Positions 15,311 through 27,387 are shown, counted from the stretch's first letter. The stretch: 34,467 bases of DNA from an uncultured Clostridia bacterium (GCA_944341195.1 CALVLX010000018.1:1-34467), one strand, 5' to 3'. Made by a program: numbers and translations. The notes: generated by a model not told the origin, from the letters alone.

Positions 15311-16606
15311 TTACTTTTTTCTTGGAGTGATGCGTTCGAGGCCGCCCATATAGGGACGGAGAACTTGGGGAATGAACACAGAGCCGTCGGCCTGAAGGTG
15401 GTTTTCCAGGAAGGCGATGAGCATTCTGGGAGGAGCGACGACGGTGTTGTTGAGGGTGTGCGCGAAGACGTTTTTGCCCGTGGCGGAGTCCTTGTACCTT
15501 ATGCCGAGGCGGCGCGCCTGGGCGTCGGTGAGGTTGGAGCAGCTGCCAACTTCGAAATAGCCCTTGCGGCGGGGACTCCACGCCTCCACGTCGAGCGAGC
15601 GGTATTTGAGGTCGGCGAGGTCGCCCGAGCAGCAGACGAGCGTGCGGCAGGGGATGCCCATCGAGACGAAGAGTTCTACCGTGTAGTTCCACATCTTTTC
15701 GTACCAGCTATCCGATTCTTCGGGCTTGCAGATGACTATCATCTCCTGCTTTTCAAACTGGTGAATGCGGTAGATGCCCCTCTCCTCTATGCCGTGGGCG
15801 CCCTTTTCCTTCCTGAAGCAGGGCGAATAGGATGTGAGAGTCAGGGGAAGGTCGCTTTCGGAGAGCGTGGTGTTCATGAAGCGGCCTATCATGGAGTGTT
15901 CGCTGGTGCCTATGAGGTAGAGGTCTTCTCCCTCTATCTTGTACATCATGCCATCCATCTCTTCAAAGGACATTACGCCCGAGACGACGTCCGAACGGAT
16001 CATGAAGGGCGGAATTACGTAGGTGAAGCCCTTGCCTATCATGAAATCGCGCGCATATGCGAGCACGGCGGAGTGGAGACGGGCCACGTCGCCCAGGAGA
16101 TAATAGAAGCCGTTGCCGCTAGTGCGCCTTGCGGAGTCGAGGTCAATGCAGCCGAGATTTTCCAAAATGTCGAGGTGGTAGGGCACTTCGAAGGGCTTTT
16201 CCTCGGGGGTGAGGTAGGTGTTCTGCTGTACGTTGCAGCTATCGTCCCTGCCGATGGGCACGTCGTCGGCTATGATGTTGGGAATGGCCATCATATCCCT
16301 CTTTATGGCGGCCTCGGCTTCGGCCGTCTGACTCTCTATTTCGGCTATGCGGTCGTTATTTTCCTTGGAGGCGAGTTTGGCCTGTTCGGCCTCCTCCTTT
16401 TTGCCTTCGCGCATGAGCGCGCCTATGCGCTTTGCAAGGGCGTTGCGCTGTGCGCGGCGACTGTCGCCTTCCTGCTGAAGTTCGCGGCGGCGGGCGTCGA
16501 GTTCGAGAACCTCGTCCACGAGGGGAAGTTTTTTATCCTGAAACTTTTTTTTGATGTTTTCCTTTACTAATTCCGGATTGGTGCGGATGAGATTGATGTC
16601 TATCAT
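15311..16606 (-). CDS. serS: Serine--tRNA ligase
   Basis: 431 aa. N-terminal coiled-coil arm (MIDINLIRTNPELVKENIKKK...) and class-II core motifs (GTSEHSMIG, FRKEKG, TLNNTVVAPPRMLIAFLEN). Confidence 0.95.
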   Translation of the reverse strand: MIDINLIRTNPELVKENIKKKFQDKKLPLVDEVLELDARRRELQQEGDSRRAQRNALAKRIGALMREGKKEEAEQAKLASKENNDRIAEIESQTAEAEAAIKRDMMAIPNIIADDVPIGRDDSCNVQQNTYLTPEEKPFEVPYHLDILENLGCIDLDSARRTSGNGFYYLLGDVARLHSAVLAYARDFMIGKGFTYVIPPFMIRSDVVSGVMSFEEMDGMMYKIEGEDLYLIGTSEHSMIGRFMNTTLSESDLPLTLTSYSPCFRKEKGAHGIEERGIYRIHQFEKQEMIVICKPEESDSWYEKMWNYTVELFVSMGIPCRTLVCCSGDLADLKYRSLDVEAWSPRRKGYFEVGSCSNLTDAQARRLGIRYKDSATGKNVFAHTLNNTVVAPPRMLIAFLENHLQADGSVFIPQVLRPYMGGLERITPRKK

Positions 16607-16645
16607 AATTTACCACTCTTGTACTTTATTTGAAAGTCTGAAAAT

Positions 16646-16674
16646 ATTATAAATCAAAAAAGCCGTTAATGCAA
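16646..16674 (-). promoter_or_regulatory. Sigma-A-type promoter for serS
   Basis: On the minus strand: TTGCAT (16674-16669), 17-nt spacer, TATAAT (16651-16646). This implies a leader of only about 35 nt. Confidence 0.6.
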
Positions 16675-16693
16675 ATGAATTGCCTTTATTTAA

Positions 16694-16722
16694 TTGAAAA
16701 AATGGCAAATATATGTTATACT
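16694..16722 (+). promoter_or_regulatory. Sigma-A-type promoter for the P-type ATPase gene
   Basis: TTGAAA (16694-16699), 17-nt spacer, TATACT (16717-16722) with upstream TGT. It coincides with the ORF-track start at 16694, which argues against that start. Confidence 0.55.
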
Positions 16723-16777
16723 TATGATAGATTATTTTTATATTCAATTACACACTTTATCTTGTAAAGGAAAAGAG

Positions 16778-19591
16778 ATGAGCAAAATATATTATAAACC
16801 GAACAAACCCGAGCCAGAGGACGGACTGCCCGAGGCCGTGGCCGATCCCGAAGAACGGGAACAGGCGGACGGGAAGGACGCCGCCGCGGTGCAGAACAGG
16901 CGCGGCGGAGCGCGCAGACAGGCGCCCGGGCAGACCAACGCCGAAATTTACGACGAGAGCGCAACCGCCGAGGCGGTGGCGGATACTTCGGACGAGGCCG
17001 TGGACATAGAGGCCGAAATAAAGGCTTCGCCCCTGCGCGGCGTCCGCTCCCCCGCCGAAAATTTTGACAAGGCAAAAATAATAAAATACTTTAAGCGGCA
17101 TCCCAAAAAGGCGGTGAACACCGAAAAGCTGGAACGTTTTTCGCCCGGGCTGAGGGACGGACTTTCGGCAGAGCAGGTTAAAAAAAGGTTCAGCCAGTTT
17201 GCCTTTAACGATACCAACAAAAAGTATTCAAAGTCCTATGCAAGCATATTCATAAGCAATATCTGCACGTTCTTCAACCTGCTGTGCCTGTGCGCGTTCA
17301 TAGCGCTGCTCATAGCCGGGACGACGGGATTTACAAACTATCTGGTAATAATAATAACTTCGGCAAACATAATACTGGGCATAATCCAGGAGATACGCTC
17401 CAAAAAATCGATAGACAAGCTGTCCATTCTGGCGTCTTCGACTTCAAAGGTCATACGCGACGGGGAACTTGTGGAGATACCCTCTTCGGAGATAGTTCTG
17501 GACGACATACTCATACTCGAACTCGGCAACCAGGTGCCTGCCGACTGCATACTTGCGGAGGGCACCGTTGAAGTAAACGAGAGCCTTTTGACGGGCGAAT
17601 CGGTTGCAATCAAGAAACAGCCGGGCGACATGCTCTATGCGGGCAGCTTTATAGCTTCGGGCAGCGGCAAATTCAGAGTTGAAAAGGTGGGCAGAGAGAC
17701 CTACCTTGAAAAGCTGACCGCCAAGGCCAAGAAGTACAGAAGGCCCAATTCGGAGCTGATGAATTCGACCAAGATGATAATTAAGGGCGTGGGCTTTTTG
17801 ATTGTGCCCATAGCCATAGGCATGTTCCTGACGACGTACAGCGCGCCGCTTTCGGAGACGGCGATGGGAAGCGTATTCGATTACATATTCCCAGCCAAAG
17901 TAAACTACGCCATACAGCGCACGTGCACGGTTGTCATAGGCATGATACCTTCGGGCATGATGCTGCTGACGACGATGGCGCTGGCGGTGGGCGTCATACG
18001 CCTTGCCAAGAACAACACGCTGGTGCAGGATCTGTATTCGCTGGAGATGCTGGCGAGAGTAAACGTGCTGTGCCTGGACAAGACGGGCACCATAACGGAC
18101 GGCAGGATGCGCGTGAACGACTGCGTAATACTGAACACCGTGGGAGAGTATTCGCTCAACGATATTATGGGTTCGATGCTCTCGGCGCTCAACGACAACA
18201 ACCAGACATCCATTGCGCTTTACAACCACTTCGGACACAACGACATCCTTTCCCCCACGGCCAGCATAGCATTTTCCTCCAAGAGGAAACTTTCGGCGGT
18301 GACGTTTGAGGACGTGGGCACATTTGTGATGGGCGCGCCCGAATTTGTGCTAAAGCCCCTGCCCGCCAAGGTGGACAGAATAGTAAAGCAATACGCGACG
18401 ATGGGACTGAGAGTGATAGTTCTGGCCCACTCCGCCACCCCCATCGTGGGCGACAAGCTGCCTTCGGTTTTGAAGCCCGTGGCAATAATTTCGATAGCCG
18501 ACAACATCCGCGAGGACGCGGTTGACACCATAAAGTGGTTCCGCGAAAACGATGTGGCCGTTAAGGTTATTTCGGGCGACAACCCCGTTACCGTGGCCGA
18601 AGTGGCCCGCCGCGCGGGCATAGAGAGAGCGGATAAATTTATCTCGCTTGAGGGACTGAACGACAGGGAAGTTGAAAGCGTTGCCAACAAGTATACGGTG
18701 TTCGGCCGCGTGACGCCCGAACAGAAGGCCATCCTGGTGCGCTCGATAAAGAGCGCGGGCAACACGGTGGCAATGACGGGCGACGGCGTAAACGACATAC
18801 TTGCCCTGAAGGAGGCCGACTGCGCGATATCGGTGGCCTCGGGCAGCGAGGCGGCGAGAAACGTAAGCCACCTGGTGCTGATGGACAACAACTTTGCCTC
18901 CATGCCCAAAGTTGTGGGCGAGGGACGAAGGGTTATAAACAATATAAAGAACTCCTCCTCGCTCTACCTGATGAAGACGCTGTTCACGGCCATACTGGCG
19001 CTGATATGCATGATAATATTGCAGACGCCATACCTCTTTATGCCGAGCAACATGCTGCTTTTGGAAGTGTGCATAATAGGCGCGCCTTCGTTCATGCTCT
19101 CGCTGCAGCCCAACAAAGAGAGGGTACAGGGCAAGTTTATAACGCACGTAATGAGCCGGAGCATACCGGGCGCCATACTGATGATATGCTGCGTGATGAC
19201 TGTTTATATAATTTACGTGTTCAACCCGCAGCAGTACGAGCCCTACGTTGTGCCCATGTGCATGATGGCGATGACTTTTGCCGGACTTGTAATGCTCTTC
19301 CGCGTATGCCAGCCATTCAACGGATACAGACTGGTGCTGTTCACCGTGATGGTGGCCTTTGTAGCAATAGCGCTGGGCGTACCCTTTATTGGCGACATGC
19401 TGTACAAGGTGAGCGACGAAGTCAAGTGGTCTACGCTGCAGTGGGACTACACGTACTTTTTGATACTGGCCGTCATCATAGAGGCGGCATTCCCCCTTTC
19501 CAACAGCCTGATAAAGATAATGCAGATACTGTTGCCCTCTTCGACGGGCAAAAAGCCCGAAGTGCTTGAAATAGAACACAGCGGGCAGTGA
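16778..19591 (+). CDS. Cation-translocating P-type ATPase (HAD-IC, P2-like) with a long N-terminal extension
   Basis: TGES actuator motif, phosphorylation site CLDKTGTITDG and hinge MTGDGVNDILALKEAD. I prefer start ATG 16778 (MSKIYYKPN...) because GGAAAAGAG lies upstream and a promoter overlaps the ORF-track start. This gives 937 aa. Confidence 0.85.
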   Translation: MSKIYYKPNKPEPEDGLPEAVADPEEREQADGKDAAAVQNRRGGARRQAPGQTNAEIYDESATAEAVADTSDEAVDIEAEIKASPLRGVRSPAENFDKAKIIKYFKRHPKKAVNTEKLERFSPGLRDGLSAEQVKKRFSQFAFNDTNKKYSKSYASIFISNICTFFNLLCLCAFIALLIAGTTGFTNYLVIIITSANIILGIIQEIRSKKSIDKLSILASSTSKVIRDGELVEIPSSEIVLDDILILELGNQVPADCILAEGTVEVNESLLTGESVAIKKQPGDMLYAGSFIASGSGKFRVEKVGRETYLEKLTAKAKKYRRPNSELMNSTKMIIKGVGFLIVPIAIGMFLTTYSAPLSETAMGSVFDYIFPAKVNYAIQRTCTVVIGMIPSGMMLLTTMALAVGVIRLAKNNTLVQDLYSLEMLARVNVLCLDKTGTITDGRMRVNDCVILNTVGEYSLNDIMGSMLSALNDNNQTSIALYNHFGHNDILSPTASIAFSSKRKLSAVTFEDVGTFVMGAPEFVLKPLPAKVDRIVKQYATMGLRVIVLAHSATPIVGDKLPSVLKPVAIISIADNIREDAVDTIKWFRENDVAVKVISGDNPVTVAEVARRAGIERADKFISLEGLNDREVESVANKYTVFGRVTPEQKAILVRSIKSAGNTVAMTGDGVNDILALKEADCAISVASGSEAARNVSHLVLMDNNFASMPKVVGEGRRVINNIKNSSSLYLMKTLFTAILALICMIILQTPYLFMPSNMLLLEVCIIGAPSFMLSLQPNKERVQGKFITHVMSRSIPGAILMICCVMTVYIIYVFNPQQYEPYVVPMCMMAMTFAGLVMLFRVCQPFNGYRLVLFTVMVAFVAIALGVPFIGDMLYKVSDEVKWSTLQWDYTYFLILAVIIEAAFPLSNSLIKIMQILLPSSTGKKPEVLEIEHSGQ

Positions 19592-19606
19592 CAGGATAAA
19601 ACCATG

Positions 19607-19632
19607 CTCCCCGCGGTGCAGACCGCGGGGAG
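19607..19632 (+). terminator. Terminator after the ATPase gene
   Basis: CTCCCCGCGG (19607-19616), 6-nt loop, CCGCGGGGAG (19623-19632), followed by GTTTAAATT. Confidence 0.6.
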
Positions 19633-19725
19633 GTTTAAATTGCAGGCATACGGGCGGGAATTTATTGTCATGTTTAAGACGGCGGACGGAGTGTTTTGCA
19701 AGGGCGGCATACGGAGAACAATTTA

Positions 19726-19765
19726 TAAGCGGCGCAAAACTTTTTTAAAAGTTTTGCGCCGCTTA
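19726..19765. terminator. 40-nt near-perfect palindrome; bidirectional terminator downstream of gyrA
   Basis: TAAGCGGCGCAAAACTTTT (19726-19744) pairs with AAAAGTTTTGCGCCGCTTA (19747-19765). A/T-rich flanks on both sides. Confidence 0.7.
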
Positions 19766-19803
19766 AAAAATTTTAACGGCTGATTATATTGTGCGGGGAC
19801 GTT

Positions 19804-22353
19804 TTACTCTTCGTCCTGCTCTTCGGGCTCTTCGGCCACATCGGCGGCCGTCTCTTCGGGAGCCTGCGTTTCGACTTCGTCGTCGCGCTCGGTGACGGCA
19901 ACGGTGGCGACTTCGCCGTCCTTTAAACGCATGAGCCTTACGCCCTTGGTGGCGCGGCCTATGGTTGAGATGTCCGAGCAGTGCATTCTGATTATTGTGC
20001 CGCCGACGGAGATTATCATTACGTCGTCCTCGTCGGAGACCTGTTTTAAATTGACGAGGCGCCCCGTGAGTTCATTGAACACGCCCGCCTTTATGCCCTT
20101 ACCGGCTCTGCCCTGGAGGCGGTAGTCTTCGAGCCGGCTCCTCTTGCCGTAGCCGTTGGAGGCGACGGTGAGGATGTCCTTTGAGGGATCGATGACGAGC
20201 ATATCGACGAGGCAGTCGTCGTCGCCGGAGAGAGTCATTGCGCGCACGCCCGCAGTATCGCGCCCCATGGCGCGGATATCCGATTCGGGGAAGCGGATGC
20301 ACTTGCCGCCGCGGGAAGCTATCATGATTTCGTCTTCGCCCGTGGTGAAGTGGACGGAGATGAGTTCGTCGCCTTCGTTGAGCTTTATGGCAATCTTGCC
20401 GTTGCGGTTGATGCGGGCGAATTCTTCCACCCTCGTCTTCTTCATGAGGCCGTTTTTGGTTGCAAAGGCGACGTAGCCTTCCGCCCCCTCCTTTACGGCT
20501 ATGAGGGCGGTTATCTTTTCATCCTGCGCTATCTGCACGAGGTTGACTATGGCTCTGCCGCGCGCCGTGCGGGCCGCTTCGGGTATCTGATACCCCTTGA
20601 TGGAGTACACCTTGCCCAGCGACGAGAAGAGAAGAATGTCATCGTGGGAGGAGCAGATGAACATGCTTTCGACAAAGTCCTCCTCCTTGGGCTTGTGGGC
20701 CGTTATGCCCATGCCGCCGCGGTGCTGCGCCTTGTATTCGGCGACGGGCAGGCGCTTGATGTAGCCCGAATGGGTGAGGGATATTACAACCTGTTCGACG
20801 GGGATGAGGTCGGCATCTTCGATATCGCCGTAATCGACGGCTATTTCCGTCTTGCGCTCGGAGGGGTACTTGCGCTTAATTTCGAGAAGGTCGTTTTTGA
20901 TTATCTCGAGAACGCGGCTCTCGTGCGCGAGGATATCCTTGTAATCGGCGATGGCCGCCTCCAGCGCGGCGAGTTCTTCGTTGAGCTTATCGACTTCGAG
21001 ATGGGAGAGACGGTACAGGCGCAGTTCGGCGACGGCCGTGGCCTGACGCTCGTCCAGCACGAAGTTTGCCACAAGTTTTTCGACGCAGTCGGCCTTGTCC
21101 TTGGCGTTTTTGCACACTTCCACCACTTCGTCGATGGAGGCTTCGGCAATGACGAGGCCGCGCAGAATGTGGGCGCGCTCCTCCGTCTTGGCGAGATCGT
21201 ACTTTGTTCTGCGGACTATTATCTCCTTCTGATGTTCGAGATAGTAATAGATGAAGTCCTTTAAATTGAGTATTTTAGGCGTGCCGTCAACGAGGGCGAG
21301 CATGATGAGGCCGTCGGATATCTGCAGGTTGGTGTGCTTATATAAAAGGTTGAGAACGACCTGCGCGTTGGCGTCCTTCTTTACCTCGATGACTATTCTC
21401 ATGCCGTCGCGGTCGGATTCTTCGCGGATATCGGAGATGCCCTCTATGCGCTTATCCTTGACGAGGTCGGCAATGGATTCTATGAGTTTGGCCTTGTTGA
21501 CCTGATAGGGGATTTCGGTGACGATGATGCGGGTGCGCGTCTGATTGCCGCTCTGGTACTCCTCTATTTCGCACTTGGAGCGGATTATTATGTTGCCGCG
21601 CCCCGTGCGGTAGGCCTTGCGTATGCCTCCCCTGCCCATTATCATTCCGCCGGTGGGGAAGTCGGGCGCGGGAATGTACGTCATGAGTTCGTCCACGTCG
21701 ATATCGGGGTTATCTATCATGGCGCACACGCCGTCGATGACCTCGCCGAGGTTGTGGGGCGGGATGTTTGTGGCCATGCCGACGGCAATGCCGTCGGAGC
21801 CGTTGACGAGCATGTTGGGAAAGCGCGAGGGCAGCACGGTGGGCTGCATACCCGTATCGTCGAACGTGGGATAGAAATCGACGGTCTCCTTGTCGAGATC
21901 GCGCAGCATCTCGGCGGCGATTTTGGAGAGCCTTGCTTCGGTATACCTCATGGCGGCGGCGGGATCGCCGTCCACCGAGCCGAAGTTGCCGTGGCCTTCG
22001 ACGAGGGGCATGTTTATGGTGAAGTCCTGCGCGAGCCTGACTAAGGCGTCGTACACCGAACTGTCGCCGTGGGGATGGTATTTGCCGAGGCAGTCGCCGA
22101 CTATACGCGCGCACTTGCGGAAGGCCTTATCGGAATAGAGGCCGAGTTCGTGCATGGAATAGAGAATTCTGCGGTGAACGGGCTTTAAACCGTCGCGCAC
22201 GTCGGGAATGGCGCGCGATACGTTTACGGCCATGGCGTAGGCTATGAAGGATTTTTTGAGCTCTTCATCCACTTCGACGTCGAGCATCTTTGTCATGGCG
22301 AGGGTTTTGGTAAATTCCTCGGTGAGTTCGGGACTGGTTATCTTTTTAGCCAT
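19804..22353 (-). CDS. gyrA: DNA gyrase subunit A
   Basis: 849 aa. [23 protein letters not shown], catalytic-Tyr region [11 protein letters not shown]-terminal beta-pinwheel repeats and an acidic tail. Confidence 0.97.
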   Translation of the reverse strand: MAKKITSPELTEEFTKTLAMTKMLDVEVDEELKKSFIAYAMAVNVSRAIPDVRDGLKPVHRRILYSMHELGLYSDKAFRKCARIVGDCLGKYHPHGDSSVYDALVRLAQDFTINMPLVEGHGNFGSVDGDPAAAMRYTEARLSKIAAEMLRDLDKETVDFYPTFDDTGMQPTVLPSRFPNMLVNGSDGIAVGMATNIPPHNLGEVIDGVCAMIDNPDIDVDELMTYIPAPDFPTGGMIMGRGGIRKAYRTGRGNIIIRSKCEIEEYQSGNQTRTRIIVTEIPYQVNKAKLIESIADLVKDKRIEGISDIREESDRDGMRIVIEVKKDANAQVVLNLLYKHTNLQISDGLIMLALVDGTPKILNLKDFIYYYLEHQKEIIVRRTKYDLAKTEERAHILRGLVIAEASIDEVVEVCKNAKDKADCVEKLVANFVLDERQATAVAELRLYRLSHLEVDKLNEELAALEAAIADYKDILAHESRVLEIIKNDLLEIKRKYPSERKTEIAVDYGDIEDADLIPVEQVVISLTHSGYIKRLPVAEYKAQHRGGMGITAHKPKEEDFVESMFICSSHDDILLFSSLGKVYSIKGYQIPEAARTARGRAIVNLVQIAQDEKITALIAVKEGAEGYVAFATKNGLMKKTRVEEFARINRNGKIAIKLNEGDELISVHFTTGEDEIMIASRGGKCIRFPESDIRAMGRDTAGVRAMTLSGDDDCLVDMLVIDPSKDILTVASNGYGKRSRLEDYRLQGRAGKGIKAGVFNELTGRLVNLKQVSDEDDVMIISVGGTIIRMHCSDISTIGRATKGVRLMRLKDGEVATVAVTERDDEVETQAPEETAADVAEEPEEQDEE

Positions 22354-22371
22354 CTTTTAAAACTCTCCTTG

Positions 22372-24330
<1,959 letters not shown>

Positions 24331-24338
24331 CTATTAAT

Positions 24339-24367
24339 ATTATACTATATTATATAAATGATTGCAA
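24339..24367 (-). promoter_or_regulatory. Sigma-A-type promoter for gyrBA
   Basis: On the minus strand: TTGCAA (24367-24362), 17-nt spacer, TATAAT (24344-24339). GAGGTG Shine-Dalgarno lies 5 nt before the gyrB ATG. Confidence 0.65.
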
Positions 24368-24407
24368 CTTTTTAAGGGCGAAAAGGCATATTTTAAGGTG
24401 AAAACGA

Positions 24408-24596
24408 ATGATTTTGAGGGCGGTGAAACATACTTTTTTTATGAAGAGAGAGACATGCGGCGGCTGGCGGGCCGCCACCGACGGAAGAGAGTTTTTTGAA
24501 TGCCCCGTATGCGGCAACCACGTGTGCGGCGAGTGCGCCGAAAGGGAGCGTTTTTTGTGCCCGCACTGCTTTGCCGTGCTGCGGCGCGCAAACTGA
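24408..24596 (+). CDS. Small Cys-rich (zinc-ribbon-like) hypothetical protein, 62 aa
   Basis: AAGGTGA Shine-Dalgarno lies 6 nt upstream of the ATG. C-x2-C-x4-C-x2-C-x7-C-x2-C pattern (CPVCGNHVCGECAERERFLCPHC). Third-codon positions are G/C-rich like neighbouring real genes. No homolog recognised by eye. Confidence 0.45.
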   Translation: MILRAVKHTFFMKRETCGGWRAATDGREFFECPVCGNHVCGECAERERFLCPHCFAVLRRAN

Positions 24597-24657
24597 AAAA
24601 TATGCCTTACCCGTGCATACGTCCGCACATATGCGCGGACGAAGACGACGATGACGG

Positions 24658-24689
24658 CGCCGCCGCGGAAAAATTTTTCCGCGGCGGCG
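24658..24689. terminator. 32-nt perfect palindrome; likely terminator or insulator between the small ORF and the deacetylase gene
   Basis: CGCCGCCGCGGAAAAA / TTTTTCCGCGGCGGCG was verified pair by pair across 24658-24689. A second hairpin CGTCCGC...GCGGACG lies at 24620-24641. Confidence 0.5.
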
Positions 24690-24705
24690 TTGTAAAATTT
24701 GGAAA

Positions 24706-25416
24706 ATGACGCAAAATAGGGGTATGAACAGGAGAGTGAGCGCGCTGACCGCCTTTATGATAATATTTGCGGTGATAGTCATTCAATACACGGGCGCGTA
24801 TCTTAAAGATATGCACATGGACATAGGCTATGCCGAGGGGACGAAATGCGTCTTTTTGACCTTTGATGACGGCCCGAGCGACGGAGTGACGCCGCGCGTG
24901 CTGGACGTACTGCGCGACGAGGGAGTCAAGGCCACATTCTTCATCGTGGGCAGATGCGCCGGGGGCAGGGAAAAGATCATAGAGCGCGAGGCCGCCGAGG
25001 GGCACACGGTTGGCGTGCACAGCTTTTCGCACGACTACAAGGAGATATACTCCTCCCCCGCCGCCCTGCTCGACGACATAGAGAGGTGCAACGACGTAAT
25101 AGAGCGTATAACGGGCAGAAGGAGCAAGGTGTACCGCTTCCCCGGGGGCAGCTTTACACTGAGCGCAGCGCTGACCGACGCCGTGCACGGGGCGGGCTAT
25201 ACGTATGTGGACTGGAACGCTTCGGTGCGTGACGCGGAGATACCGGGCGCCTCCCCCGCCGACCTTTTAAACGCCGCAAAGAGCACTTCGGCGGGGCGGA
25301 ACAAGGTCGTTCTGCTGTGCCACGACGGGGCGGGCAAGCGCGCCACCGCCGACGCGCTGAAGGACATAATAGCCTTTTACCGCGCAGGGGGATATAAATT
25401 TTGCACGGTGAAATGA
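24706..25416 (+). CDS. Polysaccharide deacetylase (NodB/CE4 family)
   Basis: N-terminal TM anchor, NodB motif 1 TFDDGP and motif 2 HSFSH. The start is uncertain; ATG 24724 with upstream AGGGG is an alternative. Confidence 0.8.
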   Translation: MTQNRGMNRRVSALTAFMIIFAVIVIQYTGAYLKDMHMDIGYAEGTKCVFLTFDDGPSDGVTPRVLDVLRDEGVKATFFIVGRCAGGREKIIEREAAEGHTVGVHSFSHDYKEIYSSPAALLDDIERCNDVIERITGRRSKVYRFPGGSFTLSAALTDAVHGAGYTYVDWNASVRDAEIPGASPADLLNAAKSTSAGRNKVVLLCHDGAGKRATADALKDIIAFYRAGGYKFCTVK

Positions 25417-25418
25417 TT

Positions 25419-25443
25419 AAACGCACCCTAAACGGGTGCGTTT
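25419..25443. terminator. Terminator hairpin between the convergent deacetylase and typA genes
   Basis: AAACGCACCC (25419-25428), loop TAAAC, GGGTGCGTTT (25434-25443). Confidence 0.65.
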
Positions 25444-25513
25444 GCAATACATATTTAAAGCTCCGCGGGAATGTGCGGCGCACATGATGAGGCGCGGAGA
25501 ACGCTACGGGCGC

Positions 25514-27346
25514 TTAAACGAGCCCCTTTCTTGTCTTTGCGGCGGCCTTGGCGCGGAGTTCGGAATCGAGTATGCGCTTGCGTATGCGGATATTTTTGGG
25601 CGTCACTTCCAAAAGTTCGTCGTCGCCGATAAATTCGAGGCACTCTTCCAGACTCATCTTTTTGGGGGTGATGAGGCGCAGAGCTTCATCCGAACTGGAC
25701 GAGCGCGTGTTTGTGAGGTGCTTTGTCTTGCAGACGTTGACGTTGATATCTTCGTTTTTGGGACTTTCGCCTATGACCATGCCCTCGTATACGGGCGTGC
25801 CCGGCTCGATGAAGAGCGTGCCGCGTCCCTGGGCGTTATACAGGCCGTAAGTTACGGCTTCGCCCGTTTCGAAGGCGACGAGAGAGCCCGTTGACCTGCG
25901 GCTGAGATCGCCCTTGTAGGGCTGGTATTCGAAGAATACGGAATTCATTACGCCTTCGCCCTTGGTGGAAGTTAAAAATTCCGACTTGTAGCCGAAGAGC
26001 CCCCTTGCGGGGATGAGGAATTCCAGACGGGTGCGGTTGCCGACGGCGGACATGTGCAGAAGTTCGCCCTTGCGGTTGCCCATGGACTGGAATACAGAGC
26101 CGGAGGCGTCGTCGGGCACGTCGATTATGAGGCGCTCGATGGGTTCGTACTTCTGGCCGTCGATCTCCTTATACATTACGCGGGGCGTGGAGACCTGAAA
26201 TTCGTAGCCTTCGCGGCGCATGTTTTCGATGAGTATGGATAGGTGCATCTCCCCCCTGCCGCAGACGCGGTAGCTATCGGCGGAGTCCGTCTCCTCCACC
26301 CTCAAGGAGACGTCGCGGAGGAGTTCGCGGAAGAGCCTGTCGCGCAGATGGCGGGTGGTAACCCACTTGCCCTCCTTGCCGGCAAAGGGAGAATCGTTGA
26401 CGGAGAAGGTCATCTCTACGGTGGGTTCGGTTATCTTTACGAATTTATGCGGTTCTACGCATTCGGGGGCGCAGACAGTATCGCCTATGTTTATCTTTTC
26501 CAGCCCCGAAAAGCAGACGATGTCGCCCGCCTTGGCCTCGTCGCAGTTGACGCGGCCGAGACCTTCTATCTGGTAGAGGTTGACTATCTTGCCCGGCTGG
26601 CGGAGCGTCTGGTTGTTGTAGTTGGTGACGACGACGGACTGGCCGGCTCTGACCGTGCCGCGCTCTATGCGGCCTATGCCTATGCGGCCGACGTAGTCGT
26701 TGTAATCTATGGAAGAGCACAGCAGCTGCGCAGGGCCTTCGGCATCGACTTCCATGGGTTTGATGTGGCTTAAAATGGTATCGAAGAGGGGCGTGAGATC
26801 GCTGCCGGGAGTGTTGAGATCGAGCGTGGCGGTGCCGTCCCTGCCCGAACACCACACTACGGGGGACATGAGCTGGTCATCGGAGGCGTCGAGTTCGAGG
26901 AGCAGTTCGAGAATTTCATCCTGCACTTCGGCGAGGCGGGCGTCGGGGCGGTCTATCTTGTTGACGACTATTATGAGGCGGTGCCCCATCTCCAGCGCCT
27001 TCTGCACGACGAAGCGGGTTTGAGGCATGGGGCCTTCGGCCGCATCGACGAGGACGAGAACGCCGTTGACCATCATCATTACCCTCTCCACTTCGCCCGA
27101 AAAGTCGGCGTGCCCCGGAGTATCGACTATGTTTATCTTTACGCCTTTGTAGTGCACCGACGTGTTCTTTGCGAGAATGGTTATGCCCCTTTCGCGCTCT
27201 ATGGCGTTGGAGTCCATCACCCTTTCGTCCACATTCTGATTTTCGCGGAAGGTGTGGCTCTGCTTGAGCATGGCATCGACGAGCGTCGTCTTGCCGTGAT
27301 CGACGTGGGCTATTATTGCAACGTTTCGCAGATCATTTCTTAACAT
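25514..27346 (-). CDS. typA: Translational GTPase TypA/BipA
   Basis: 610 aa. G1 [10 protein letters not shown]3 DTPGHADF and NKIDR motifs, with EF-G-like domain order. Confidence 0.95.
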   Translation of the reverse strand: MLRNDLRNVAIIAHVDHGKTTLVDAMLKQSHTFRENQNVDERVMDSNAIERERGITILAKNTSVHYKGVKINIVDTPGHADFSGEVERVMMMVNGVLVLVDAAEGPMPQTRFVVQKALEMGHRLIIVVNKIDRPDARLAEVQDEILELLLELDASDDQLMSPVVWCSGRDGTATLDLNTPGSDLTPLFDTILSHIKPMEVDAEGPAQLLCSSIDYNDYVGRIGIGRIERGTVRAGQSVVVTNYNNQTLRQPGKIVNLYQIEGLGRVNCDEAKAGDIVCFSGLEKINIGDTVCAPECVEPHKFVKITEPTVEMTFSVNDSPFAGKEGKWVTTRHLRDRLFRELLRDVSLRVEETDSADSYRVCGRGEMHLSILIENMRREGYEFQVSTPRVMYKEIDGQKYEPIERLIIDVPDDASGSVFQSMGNRKGELLHMSAVGNRTRLEFLIPARGLFGYKSEFLTSTKGEGVMNSVFFEYQPYKGDLSRRSTGSLVAFETGEAVTYGLYNAQGRGTLFIEPGTPVYEGMVIGESPKNEDINVNVCKTKHLTNTRSSSSDEALRLITPKKMSLEECLEFIGDDELLEVTPKNIRIRKRILDSELRAKAAAKTRKGLV

Positions 27347-27387
27347 ACGGTAAAATTCTCTCTAACCTAAAAATTTCAAACATTACT

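Noticed and set aside
16694-16777. Upstream extensions of ORF-track models: the ATPase from 16694, sigH from 31910, mrnC from 33404, the Na/Pi gene from 3349 and rdgB from 5665.
   Set aside because: The extensions overlap promoters or neighbouring genes, begin at non-ATG codons or lack a Shine-Dalgarno. They add residues absent from the recognisable family N-termini. Internal ATGs with good ribosome-binding context or start/stop overlaps were preferred.
16607-16777. T-box riboswitch leader upstream of serS.
   Set aside because: The predicted promoter leaves only about a 35-nt leader. The whole divergent intergenic region is 171 nt, AT-rich, and lacks the conserved T-box sequence and terminator/antiterminator helices.
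18350-19579. 409-aa ORF antisense to the P-type ATPase. Similar long shadow ORFs include 15365-16570, 22369-23367, 20350-21264, 8568-9446, 9792-10508, 13583-14248, 27483-28361, 29984-30838, 11715-12407 and 17444-18238.
   Set aside because: Each lies entirely antisense to, or out of frame within, a gene with unmistakable conserved motifs. Their translations are low-complexity strings rich in H, R, Y, G and V, which is typical of the reverse frames of GC3-rich genes. None has a Shine-Dalgarno or promoter context.
22048-22062. Fluoroquinolone-resistance substitutions in the GyrA QRDR.
   Set aside because: The motif reads GDSSVYD, so the positions equivalent to E. coli Ser83 and Asp87 (Ser98 and Asp102 here) are wild-type. 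No resistance genotype is evident.
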